Shown piece after piece: positions 1 to 8,186 of a stretch of DNA of 61,160 nucleotides; position 1 is the stretch's first letter, and the number at the start of each line of letters is the position of its first letter. The notes below the pieces were generated by a model, which was not told the origin of the DNA, ran no database searches, and was given only the letters and a program-made list of their open reading frames with translations. A program made the position numbers and the translations under genes. Origin of the DNA: an uncultured Planctomycetia bacterium (GTDB taxonomy: Bacteria; Omnitrophota; Gorgyraeia; Tantalellales; Tantalellaceae); the NCBI GenBank assembly GCA_964451815.1, contig CAYVIW010000004.1:1-61160 (forward strand). The letters are read 5' to 3'.

Positions 1-110
1 AAAACACCTGCATGAAACCTGGTGAAGGGATATTCGGTTGTCAAAAAGCGCTCAGCGAACTATTGCGACACAGTCTCGCAGGGGAAATCGTCCGTCCCCG
101 CAAGCACATG
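1..110. repeat. Partial, degenerate third copy of the GC-rich core shared by the palindromic elements at 30.8 kb and 37.5 kb (cut by the window edge)
   Basis: 75-101 ctcgcaggggaaatcgtccgtccccgc equals the reverse complement of 37557-37583 at 25/27 positions (hand count). Weaker block similarity lies upstream (gatatt, ggttg, agcgaac). Confidence 0.45.
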
Positions 111-145
111 CCGGCGCTTCCCCGTAAACTCCACCTATCTATGAG

Positions 146-174
146 TTGACATGGCCGGGGCTGTATGCTCTAAT
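146..174 (+). promoter_or_regulatory. Putative sigma70-type promoter of the thi operon
   Basis: TTGACA at 146-151, a 17-nt spacer, then TCTAAT at 169-174, just upstream of the THI-box. Confidence 0.4.
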
Positions 175-185
175 AACTATGATAC

Positions 186-297
186 ATATGTCCGGGGAGG
201 GCGATCTTGAGGCTCTGAGAGTTCCGCTTGCCGACAGCGGATTACCCGAATAACCTGATCTGGATAACGCCAGCGTAGGGAGCTTAAAAGTATATCA
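186..297 (+). promoter_or_regulatory. TPP (THI-box) riboswitch aptamer
   Basis: Hallmark segments are present: ccgggga(g)ggc, ctgaga (215-220), accc (244-247) and aacctgatctggataacgccagcgtaggga (252-281). It sits directly 5' of thiamine biosynthesis genes. Confidence 0.85.
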
Positions 298-300
298 GGA

Positions 301-327
301 CCCCGCCCGCTACGCGCGGGGTTTTTT
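301..327 (+). terminator. Intrinsic terminator acting as the riboswitch expression platform
   Basis: ccccgc (301-306) pairs with gcgggg (316-321), followed by a T6 run at 322-327. The T-tract ends 5 nt before the thiE ATG. Confidence 0.7.
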
Positions 328-332
328 GTAAT

Positions 333-1181
333 ATGCGTAAATTAATAGATAAAAGCCTTTATTTCGTGACGGGAGAGGAATATTCCTCTCCGCGTGGCTC
401 CGTCCAGGTGGTCGCCTCCGCTATAGAAGGCGGTGTGGATATCGTTCAGATGAGAGAGAAGGCCAAGCCCCGGAGTGAACTCGTGTCTCTCGGGAAAAAC
501 CTGGCCGGCATATGCCGCGCCGCCGGCGTGACCTTTATTGTCAACGACGATCCTTTTCTGGCCGCTGAGATCGGTGCAGACGGTGTGCATCTCGGGCAGG
601 AAGATATGGTAAAATATCCCGTCGATGAGGCGCGGTCTGTTTTGGGGAAAGACGCCGTGATAGGCGTGTCTACGCACTCGTTAAGTGAATTCAATGAGGC
701 GGGCGCCAAAGATGTCGATTATATAGCTTTTGGGCCTGTTTTTCCTACCGGGACCAAGGATTACTATATAGGAGTGGATGACGTTCCCGCCGCTCTGGAA
801 GCGTCAAAAAAGCCCGTGGTATTGATAGGGGGGATAGACTTTTCCAATGTCGATAGCCTGATAGCGCTGGGCGCGAGAAATATAGCGGTCATAAGGGCCA
901 TAGCGGGAGCGGCTGACGTAAAAGAAGCTGCCGGAGAGCTCAGCGGGAAGATCAAGGGGCTGGATAGAACAGGAGAGACACTGGTCATAAAGGTGAACGG
1001 AAAAGACCATGTTATCAGGACAGGCACTGATCTTCCCGCGTTCTTGAACGCCAGTGGACTCGACAAGAGCAGGATAGTAATTGAGTATAACCGGAGGATC
1101 GTCCCGACGGAAAGATGGCATGAAGTATCTTTTGCGAGCGGCGATGTTCTTGAGATAGTGAGCTTTGTCGGCGGAGGATGA
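333..1181 (+). CDS. thiE: Thiamine-phosphate synthase ThiE fused to a C-terminal ThiS sulfur-carrier domain
   Basis: ThiE motifs ([39 protein letters not shown]) cover ~210 aa. A ~66-aa ThiS-like tail follows (LVIKVNGK...EIVSFVGGG-stop) with a free Gly-Gly terminus. Confidence 0.85.
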   Translation: MRKLIDKSLYFVTGEEYSSPRGSVQVVASAIEGGVDIVQMREKAKPRSELVSLGKNLAGICRAAGVTFIVNDDPFLAAEIGADGVHLGQEDMVKYPVDEARSVLGKDAVIGVSTHSLSEFNEAGAKDVDYIAFGPVFPTGTKDYYIGVDDVPAALEASKKPVVLIGGIDFSNVDSLIALGARNIAVIRAIAGAADVKEAAGELSGKIKGLDRTGETLVIKVNGKDHVIRTGTDLPAFLNASGLDKSRIVIEYNRRIVPTERWHEVSFASGDVLEIVSFVGGG

Positions 1182-1213
1182 TCGGCGGAAGGTCAATAAG
1201 GGCGGGGTACTTT

Positions 1214-1987
1214 ATGGAAGACATATTAAGAATAGGCGGGAAAGAAATAAAGAGCAGGTTCTTTGTGGGCACCGGGAAGTTCGCGAAAAAAGGTCTCATA
1301 AGGGAAGTGCTTGAGGCCTCGGGCGCGGATGTGGTGACCGTGGCGTTGAGAAGGGTAGACATGGAGCATGAAGCCGAGAATGTGCTCGAACATATTCCCG
1401 AAAAGTGTATTCTCATGACCAATACCTCCGGGGCCAGGAATGCCGAAGAAGCTGTAAGGATAGCCCGCATAGCCAAACAGGCGGGATGCGGGAACTGGAT
1501 CAAGATAGAGGTGATCCCCGATAACAGGTACCTTATGCCGGACAATGCCGAGACCCTGGAGGCTGTCCGGATACTTTCCGGAGAGGGTTTTACGGTATTG
1601 CCTTATATGACACCCGACCTGGTATATGCCCGCAGGATGGAGGAGGCCGGGGCGGCGGCCGTTATGCCCCTGGGCTCTCCAATAGGCAGTAACAGAGGCT
1701 TCAGGACCGAAGAGATAGTTAAGATAATGGCGAAAGAGATCGAAGTCCCGGTCATAGTCGATGCCGGCATAGGCCAGCCTTCGGACGCCGCCAAATGTAT
1801 GGAGACGGGATGCGACGCGGTGCTTGTCAATACGGCTCTCGCTACCGCCGCCGACCCGGTCAGTATGGCTAAGGCTTTCAGTATGGCCGTGGAGGCGGGG
1901 CGGTTAGCTTATCTTTCGGGTATCGGTCAGACCGGGGAAGAGGCGAACGCGTCCTCTCCTCTTACGGGGTTTTTGAGGGACGAATAA
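1214..1987 (+). CDS. thiG: Thiazole synthase ThiG
   Basis: N-terminus [23 protein letters not shown] and the full length match ThiG. The ORF opens at 1178 (ATGA overlap with the upstream stop), but ATG 1214 fits homolog N-termini better. Confidence 0.85.
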   Translation: MEDILRIGGKEIKSRFFVGTGKFAKKGLIREVLEASGADVVTVALRRVDMEHEAENVLEHIPEKCILMTNTSGARNAEEAVRIARIAKQAGCGNWIKIEVIPDNRYLMPDNAETLEAVRILSGEGFTVLPYMTPDLVYARRMEEAGAAAVMPLGSPIGSNRGFRTEEIVKIMAKEIEVPVIVDAGIGQPSDAAKCMETGCDAVLVNTALATAADPVSMAKAFSMAVEAGRLAYLSGIGQTGEEANASSPLTGFLRDE

Positions 1988-1988
1988 T

Positions 1989-3170
1989 ATGAAAAAAAGT
2001 TTTCATGATATTTACCGCCATTACAGTGATATCGACGCCTCTCTTATATACGAGCACATAGACAGGCAGCAGGTAATGAAAGCGATAGCGTCGGACGAGC
2101 TTTCCTTAAAGGGGCTTCTTGTGCTTCTTTCTCCTGAAGGTGAAAAATTCATCGAGGCGCTTGCCCACAGGGCTCATGAACTTACCCTGCTTAACTTCGG
2201 GAAAGTGATACATCTATATACGCCCATGTATCTTTCCAACTACTGTGATAACGAGTGCGCGTATTGCGGGTTCAAGCGCGACAACGCCATAGAAAGAAGA
2301 ACACTCGGCGTGGACGAGGTCAGGGCCGAGGCCGATTTTATAGCCCGGAAAGGTTTTGAGAACATCCTGATACTCACCGGCGGTTCCAGAAAGAAAGCCC
2401 CGCTGAAATACATAAAAGATTGTGTGAAAGCGATAAGGGGAAAGTTCAGCTCTGTATCCATAGAGGTATATGAACTGACAAAAGACGAATATAAGGAACT
2501 CATAGATGAGGGGGTGGACGGCCTTACGGTCTACCAGGAGGTTTACGACGAGGAAATTTACGGCAAGGTACATATCTCGGGGCCGAAAAGAGATTATATG
2601 TTCCGTATGGATGCCCCCGAAAGGGCTCTTTCCGCCGGGATGAGGACGGTCAGCATAGGAGCGCTTCTTGGCCTGGGGGATTGGAGGAAAGAGGCCTTCT
2701 TTACGGCCCTTCACGCGAGGTATCTGCAGGACAAGTTCCCGGCCTCTGAGATAAGTGTTTCTGTTCCGAGGATAAGGCCTCAGGTTTCCTGTTTTAAGCC
2801 GGCATGCCGGGTGAGCGATAAGAATCTGGTCCAGATAATAACAGCTCTCCGGATATTTCTGCCTAGAGTGGGCATTAATCTTTCCACAAGGGAAGGCGCT
2901 TTTCTGCGCAACCATCTTCTGCCCCTCGGCATAACCAGGATGTCGGCGGGTTCCACCACAAAGGTCGGCGGGCACACCGTCTGCGACGCCGGGTTCGCGT
3001 CGGAGCAGTTCGAGATATTTGACACAAGAGAGCTTGAGGAAATAAAGGAGATGCTTTCCGACAGAGGGTATCAGCCGGTTCTCAAGGACTGGGTCAACTT
3101 CTGGGACAGCATCGGTTCGACATTAGAGTGCGGAGGCGTAAAAGCTGAGCCTGGAAGGATAAAAATATGA
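1989..3170 (+). CDS. thiH: 2-iminoacetate synthase ThiH (radical SAM)
   Basis: Radical-SAM CDNECAYCGF motif, ThiH/HydG-like length, and thi operon context. Confidence 0.8.
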   Translation: MKKSFHDIYRHYSDIDASLIYEHIDRQQVMKAIASDELSLKGLLVLLSPEGEKFIEALAHRAHELTLLNFGKVIHLYTPMYLSNYCDNECAYCGFKRDNAIERRTLGVDEVRAEADFIARKGFENILILTGGSRKKAPLKYIKDCVKAIRGKFSSVSIEVYELTKDEYKELIDEGVDGLTVYQEVYDEEIYGKVHISGPKRDYMFRMDAPERALSAGMRTVSIGALLGLGDWRKEAFFTALHARYLQDKFPASEISVSVPRIRPQVSCFKPACRVSDKNLVQIITALRIFLPRVGINLSTREGAFLRNHLLPLGITRMSAGSTTKVGGHTVCDAGFASEQFEIFDTRELEEIKEMLSDRGYQPVLKDWVNFWDSIGSTLECGGVKAEPGRIKI

Positions 3171-3784
3171 ACGCGTTCGAGAGAGCGTTACTCGGGCAAT
3201 TCGGTGAAGAGAACCTTACGAAGATCCAGAATACGCGTATAGGGATAGCGGGGGCCGGGGGGCTCGGTTCGAACTGCGCTTCTAATCTGGTAAGATGCGG
3301 GTTCAGGAAAATAAAGATAGCCGATTTTGACATTGTGGACCACTCCAACCTCAACAGACAGTTCTATTTCGCCGACCAGGTCGGCAGGAAAAAGGTAGAG
3401 GTTTTGAGAGAGAATCTGCTTAAGATAAACCCTGATGCTGAAATAGATATCTTCGACGGCAGGATAGAAAAAGAGAACTCGGGCAGTGTCTTCGAGGGTT
3501 TTGATATACTGGTCGAGGCTTTTGACAGAGCCGAGAACAAGAAAGTTTTTGTCGAAAGTGTCATAGGCAGGACCTCTCTTCTGGTCTCGGCTTCGGGCCT
3601 TGCCGGGGTGGGGTATGCCGACGAGATCAGGACCCATCGCATCAGGGACGATTTTGTGGTAGTGGGAGACCTCAGGAGCGACTATCTTAAAACCCCGCCC
3701 ATATCGCCGAGAGTGAACGTAGCCGCGGCTAAACAGGCCGATGTTATACTCGACTATGTATTAAATGGAACAATAGGGGAATAG
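3167..3784 (+). CDS. thiF: ThiF/MoeB-type sulfur-carrier adenylyltransferase (short form)
   Basis: GIAGAGGLGSN nucleotide-binding loop and FDIVDHSNLNRQ. ATGA overlap with thiH. Confidence 0.8.
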   Translation: MNAFERALLGQFGEENLTKIQNTRIGIAGAGGLGSNCASNLVRCGFRKIKIADFDIVDHSNLNRQFYFADQVGRKKVEVLRENLLKINPDAEIDIFDGRIEKENSGSVFEGFDILVEAFDRAENKKVFVESVIGRTSLLVSASGLAGVGYADEIRTHRIRDDFVVVGDLRSDYLKTPPISPRVNVAAAKQADVILDYVLNGTIGE

Positions 3785-3791
3785 TTCTGCT

Positions 3792-4787
3792 ATGAGGGCA
3801 ATATGCTCGTTTTCCGGAGGACTTGACAGTATACTAGCGGTCAGCTTGATGCGGCAGCAGGGTATAGAGGTCGAGGCGGTGCATTTCGATAACGGATTCG
3901 GAGGTTGCGGTGAACGTGACAGTAACAGACAGCCGATACGTGATAGAGCCGCCCGCCTGGGGGTTAAGATCACTTTTATCGATGTAAGCGAAGACCTTGT
4001 GCATATCCTGAAGGACCCGAAATACGGATTCGGCAAGAACATGAACCCCTGTATGGACTGCCACCTTCTTTTTTTTAAAAAATGCGGCGAATATATGCGT
4101 AAAGCAGGGGCTTCGTTCATTGTTACGGGAGAGGTCGTCGGAGAAAGGCCCATGTCTCAGAGGAAGTGGGCCATTGAAGAAATATCCGCCAGCAGCGGCC
4201 TGGATGGCCTGATATTGAGGCCTTTATCGGCCAGGCTTATGAAGGTCACGATACCCGAGAAAAAAGGATGGGTTGACCGTGAGAAGCTTCTTGCGATAAG
4301 CGGACGCTCGCGCAAGCCTCAGATGGAGCTTGCGAAGGAATTGGGAATAGATTTTTATCCAAACGCCGCCGGAGGATGTCTTTTGACCGAAAAGGACTTT
4401 TCCAGGAAGGTCCGCGATCTTATGGAGAATAAGCCCGGCTTTGATATGACGGATGTTGACCTGTTGAAGTCAGGCAGACACTTCCGTATTTCCCGTACGG
4501 CCAAGCTTATCCTTGGAAGAGACGAAAAAGAGAACGAGACACTTGTGAAAAACATGCCCGGGAAGACGTATTTTATGACCATAGAGGTTCCCGGTCCCGT
4601 GGGTGTTATAACGGGACCTTTGGTCGGAGAAGAGGAGAAACTTGTTTCGCGTATCATTTCCGCGTATAGTGACATACACCCGGGAGAGGAAATGACCATA
4701 TCTCGTAATACGGCTAAAGGCGGGAAGGCTGAGATAATCAAGGTCAAAGCTGTATCCAGGAAGGACGTAAAAAAATACCTGGTTTAG
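3792..4787 (+). CDS. PP-loop ATP pyrophosphatase, ThiI/MnmA-like thiolation enzyme family (no THUMP or rhodanese domain seen)
   Basis: SFSGGLDS PP-loop at the N-terminus, plus NPCMDCH and GGC cysteine motifs and GEVVGERPMSQ. Positioned between thiF and nifS. Confidence 0.6.
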   Translation: MRAICSFSGGLDSILAVSLMRQQGIEVEAVHFDNGFGGCGERDSNRQPIRDRAARLGVKITFIDVSEDLVHILKDPKYGFGKNMNPCMDCHLLFFKKCGEYMRKAGASFIVTGEVVGERPMSQRKWAIEEISASSGLDGLILRPLSARLMKVTIPEKKGWVDREKLLAISGRSRKPQMELAKELGIDFYPNAAGGCLLTEKDFSRKVRDLMENKPGFDMTDVDLLKSGRHFRISRTAKLILGRDEKENETLVKNMPGKTYFMTIEVPGPVGVITGPLVGEEEKLVSRIISAYSDIHPGEEMTISRNTAKGGKAEIIKVKAVSRKDVKKYLV

Positions 4788-4832
4788 AGATAGTGCGCTA
4801 TCTGATATAATAAGATCTTTCAAGGAGGGATT

Positions 4833-6026
4833 ATGCCTCAAAAGAACATATATATGGACCATAACGCGACGACACCTCTTCATCCCGAGGTTAAAAAGGC
4901 TCTGGCTGGATCAATGGACCTTTTCGGCAATCCCTCAAGCCTGCACTGGTTTGGAAGAAAAGCCAGAGCTATGATAGAAAGATCCCGGGAAAAAGTGGCT
5001 TCCTTTATAGGCGCGTCGCCCGAAGAAATAATTTTTGTCGGCAGCGGTTCCGAGGCCAATAACACTGTCCTGTCTATCTTTTCCTGTCATCCCAAGGGGT
5101 GTGACGGTTGCCGCCAGGGCAGGCACGGGATAATCACCACTTCTATCGAACATCCATGTATCATGGAGACCTCTAAATGTCTTGAGATGCAAGGAACATC
5201 GGTGAAGTATCTGAAAGTGGACAGTACGGGAAAGATAGATATGGAAGATCTTACCTCTTCCATCACCGATAATACGGGTCTTGTTTCGGTGATGATGGCC
5301 AATAACGAGATAGGCACTGTGCAGGATATAAAGGAAATAGCCCGCGTAGTTCGTGAAAAAGGAGCGCTTTTTCATACGGACGCCGTGCAGGCTGTAGGAA
5401 AGATCCCTGTGGATGTTAAGGACCTGGACGTGGACTTTTTGACCATATCGGGCCACAAGATGTACGGGCCCAAAGGTATAGGCGCGCTTTATATTAAAAG
5501 GGACGTGCCGTTCTGCCCTATGATACGCGGAGGGCATCAGGAGAGGGGAAGAAGGGCGGGTACCGAGAACACTATGGGCATAGTGGGTCTGGCTAAAGCG
5601 GTCGAGATGAGAGAGGTGGAAATGGCCGGAGAAGAAAAGAGACTTCTGGAAATGAAAAAAGCTCTTAAGAAAGGTATCGAGGATAATATACCTGAAGTTA
5701 TTTTTAACGGCCATCCCACAGATTGTCTGGCCGGCACTCTCAACGTTTCTTTTGACGGAGCTGAGGGGGAATCAGTGCTATTAGCGATGGACCTGGAAGG
5801 CATATCGGTCTCTACAGGGTCCGCCTGCGCTTCGGGGTCGCTGGACCCGTCGCATGTGCTTTTGGCCACCGGTCTACCGGTAGAGCTGGCTCATGACTCC
5901 ATGAGGATAAGCCTGGGGCGCGCCAATACAATGGAAGACGTGGAATTGTTTGTAGACGTTGCCGCCAGGGTGGTAAAGAGGATAAGAGGGATCTCGACAG
6001 CTTATGGTATGAAAAAGGGAAAATAA
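4833..6026 (+). CDS. nifS: Cysteine desulfurase (NifS/IscS class)
   Basis: PLP-lysine motif SGHKMYGPKGIGALY and active-site loop STGSACASG. Confidence 0.9.
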   Translation: MPQKNIYMDHNATTPLHPEVKKALAGSMDLFGNPSSLHWFGRKARAMIERSREKVASFIGASPEEIIFVGSGSEANNTVLSIFSCHPKGCDGCRQGRHGIITTSIEHPCIMETSKCLEMQGTSVKYLKVDSTGKIDMEDLTSSITDNTGLVSVMMANNEIGTVQDIKEIARVVREKGALFHTDAVQAVGKIPVDVKDLDVDFLTISGHKMYGPKGIGALYIKRDVPFCPMIRGGHQERGRRAGTENTMGIVGLAKAVEMREVEMAGEEKRLLEMKKALKKGIEDNIPEVIFNGHPTDCLAGTLNVSFDGAEGESVLLAMDLEGISVSTGSACASGSLDPSHVLLATGLPVELAHDSMRISLGRANTMEDVELFVDVAARVVKRIRGISTAYGMKKGK

Positions 6027-6065
6027 AGGTCGGTGAACCATAAAACCGCATTATGAGGAGATCAT

Positions 6066-6671
6066 ATGGACTGGGCATATACTGATAAAGTAAAAGAGCA
6101 TTTCATCAACCCGAGGAACGTTCTGGAAGACGAAAATGCTTATGAGCATGACGGCAAAGGTGTGGTGGGCAACATAAAGTGCGGAGACCAGATGATGATG
6201 CTCATAAAGATAGATAAGGAAAAAGGGACCATCGCCGATTGTAAATGGAAGACCTACGGGTGTGCCAGCGCTATAGCGTCCACATCTGTGCTTTCGGAAA
6301 TGATAAAAGGTATGAAGATAGACCAGGCTTACCATATTTCACCTAAGGAGATAATTAAAGAGCTGGGAGAGCTGCCCGAACATAAAATACACTGTTCGGT
6401 GCTGGGAGACAAGGCCCTTAGAGCGGCCATAAACGACTATTACCGGCGAAACGGTATGGAGAGCAGGATAGAGCGCGAAGAGGCCCGTACGGTCTGTCAG
6501 TGCATGAACGTTACCGACCACGAGATCGAAGAAGCCGTGCTGGAAGGCGCAAGGTCATATCTGGCTTTACAGGAGCGCACAAAACTGGGTACAGTTTGCG
6601 GCCAGTGTGCTGATGAGGCCGCAGCTCTTCTTGAAAAGTATATAAAAAAGCATTTCGGTGATAAGGGATGA
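6066..6671 (+). CDS. nifU: NifU/IscU-type Fe-S scaffold with a C-terminal BFD-like [2Fe-2S] domain
   Basis: IscU core (GNIKCGD, TYGCASAIAS, HCSVL) followed by CQCMNVTDHEIEEAV...GTVCGQC. Confidence 0.85.
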   Translation: MDWAYTDKVKEHFINPRNVLEDENAYEHDGKGVVGNIKCGDQMMMLIKIDKEKGTIADCKWKTYGCASAIASTSVLSEMIKGMKIDQAYHISPKEIIKELGELPEHKIHCSVLGDKALRAAINDYYRRNGMESRIEREEARTVCQCMNVTDHEIEEAVLEGARSYLALQERTKLGTVCGQCADEAAALLEKYIKKHFGDKG

Positions 6672-7081
6672 AGAAGGTGCTCTTTCTCTGTGATCGCGAG
6701 TTCTCTCGCGCCCATATCGCCGGAGGGTTTCTCCTTCATTTTGGACAGGATGAGTACGAAGTGTTACTGGCCGGGAGAGAACCGGGCGAGATCGATCCTC
6801 TGGCTATAAAGGTAATGGAAGAGTCCGGAATAGATATATCAGGACAGACGGCAAGTTCCATGGACGAGATCCTCAATGGAGTATTCGATTACGTTATAAC
6901 TGTTTGCGAGGAAGCCCGGCGCGATTGTCCGGTCTTTACGGGCGAGTACAGAAAAGCGTATTGGGATATAGATGATCCTCCGGGGATGGAAGGCGGAGAT
7001 GACGAAAGACTTGAAGCCTTGCGGTCTTTGCGTGACCAGATAGAGGAGAATGTTCTCGACCTTCTTGATTACGGGATATAA
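6668..7081 (+). CDS. ArsC/low-molecular-weight phosphatase-fold protein with a divergent P-loop
   Basis: Aligns by eye with the thioredoxin-coupled ArsC fold. Cys-X5-Arg is kept as CDREFSR instead of CTGNSCRS, and the TVCEEA and RDCP cysteines are retained. Confidence 0.6.
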   Translation: MKKVLFLCDREFSRAHIAGGFLLHFGQDEYEVLLAGREPGEIDPLAIKVMEESGIDISGQTASSMDEILNGVFDYVITVCEEARRDCPVFTGEYRKAYWDIDDPPGMEGGDDERLEALRSLRDQIEENVLDLLDYGI

Positions 7082-7112
7082 AGGGGGTTTTCCGTAGTAT
7101 TTACGATAGGCC

Positions 7113-7140
7113 TTGACAAATAAGATAAAAATGGTATCAT
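7113..7140 (+). promoter_or_regulatory. Putative sigma70-type promoter with an overlapping AT-rich dyad (possible Fur/PerR-like box)
   Basis: TTGACA at 7113-7118, a 16-nt spacer, then TATCAT at 7135-7140. The segment gataaaaatggtatcattata (7124-7144) loosely resembles Fur/PerR operators. Confidence 0.4.
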
Positions 7141-7267
7141 TATAGCTGTAAGTGTTTTTATCTGTCCCCCGTCGGGGTCTTGAGGTCAAGGTCTATAAAG
7201 GGGGATGAATTTCTCATAGTTTACATATCATCAGGCTGTGAGAAGTGCAAAGAATAAAGGAGGCGAC

Positions 7268-7351
7268 ATGGAAGTTACAGTCAGATACATGTTGCGCCCG
7301 GTAGCTCATTGTAAAGAGGGCTGCTGTACGCGGTCCCGGACAAGACTATAA
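7268..7351 (+). CDS. Candidate 27-aa Cys-rich micro-ORF in the leader (MEVTVRYMLRPVAHCKEGCCTRSRTRL)
   Basis: An AGGAGG Shine-Dalgarno lies 4 nt before the ATG, the same SD style as the rubredoxin gene. No homology could be assessed. Confidence 0.2.
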   Translation: MEVTVRYMLRPVAHCKEGCCTRSRTRL

Positions 7352-7493
7352 ACTGTCCCGGGTATCAAGCCGGCCCCCGGTAGATCGGTCCGTGGGGCCG
7401 GTGTGAACCCGCAGGATCAAGGTTATCTTCAGGGATGTTACAATAAGGTAAGAGACAACAAAAAACAGGTAAAAACCTAATAAGGAGGGGCAA

Positions 7494-7634
7494 ATGGAAA
7501 AATACAAATGCATGGTGTGCGGTTATATATATGACCCGGCGGAAAACGGGAATATAGCTTTTAATGATCTTCCGGACGACTGGGTCTGCCCTGAATGCGG
7601 CGTTGGAAAAGATCAGTTCGAGATCGAGGAATAG
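7494..7634 (+). CDS. Rubredoxin (46 aa; below the ORF-track length cutoff)
   Basis: Hand translation gives [46 protein letters not shown], with both CxxCG knuckles and an AGGAGG SD 5 nt upstream. Confidence 0.9.
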   Translation: MEKYKCMVCGYIYDPAENGNIAFNDLPDDWVCPECGVGKDQFEIEE

Positions 7635-7668
7635 TTAATATAAGGTTCTAAAAACGGGAGCGCGATCT

Positions 7669-8178
7669 ATGATAAGTAAAAAAATGGAAAAAGCGTTGAA
7701 TCATCAGATAAACCGGGAGATATACTCCGGGTATATGTATCTCGCGATGGCTTCTTTTGCGAAGGACTCCGCTCTTAACGGGGTCGCTAACTGGTTTACC
7801 GTTCAGCTTGAGGAAGAACTTTCTCACGCGCGTAAGCTATATGATTATGTCCAGCAGCGTAACGGGAAGGTCGTTCTTGAGGCAATAGAGGCTCCTCCCG
7901 CTGATTTCAAATCGGCCGAGGAACTTTTTGAGAGAACCCTTGAGCATGAGAAAAAAGTCACGGCTATGATACACGACCTGGTCGCTCTGGCCCGCGAGGA
8001 AAAAGATACCGCGACCGAGATAATGCTGCAGTGGTTCGTGACCGAGCAGATAGAGGAAGAGGCGAACGCCTCGGAAATGCTCCAGAGATTCAAGGTTTTC
8101 GGGCAGTCTGGTAACGCTCTTCTGGCGATAGACCAGGAGCTTGGAAGCCGGGTGTTCTCTCCCCCGACCAAGGAATAG
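7669..8178 (+). CDS. ftn: Non-heme ferritin
   Basis: N-terminus ALNHQINREIYSGYMYLAMASF, ferroxidase Glu/His pattern (EELSHA, EHEK), 169 aa. Confidence 0.9.
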   Translation: MISKKMEKALNHQINREIYSGYMYLAMASFAKDSALNGVANWFTVQLEEELSHARKLYDYVQQRNGKVVLEAIEAPPADFKSAEELFERTLEHEKKVTAMIHDLVALAREEKDTATEIMLQWFVTEQIEEEANASEMLQRFKVFGQSGNALLAIDQELGSRVFSPPTKE

Positions 8179-8186
8179 GGAGAAAA

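Noticed and set aside
183-197. acatatgtccgggg resembles the terminal repeat acatattccggg of the palindromic elements
   Set aside because: It needs an indel, is in the wrong orientation for the adjacent partial copy, and overlaps the 5' stem region of the TPP riboswitch. I treat it as coincidence.
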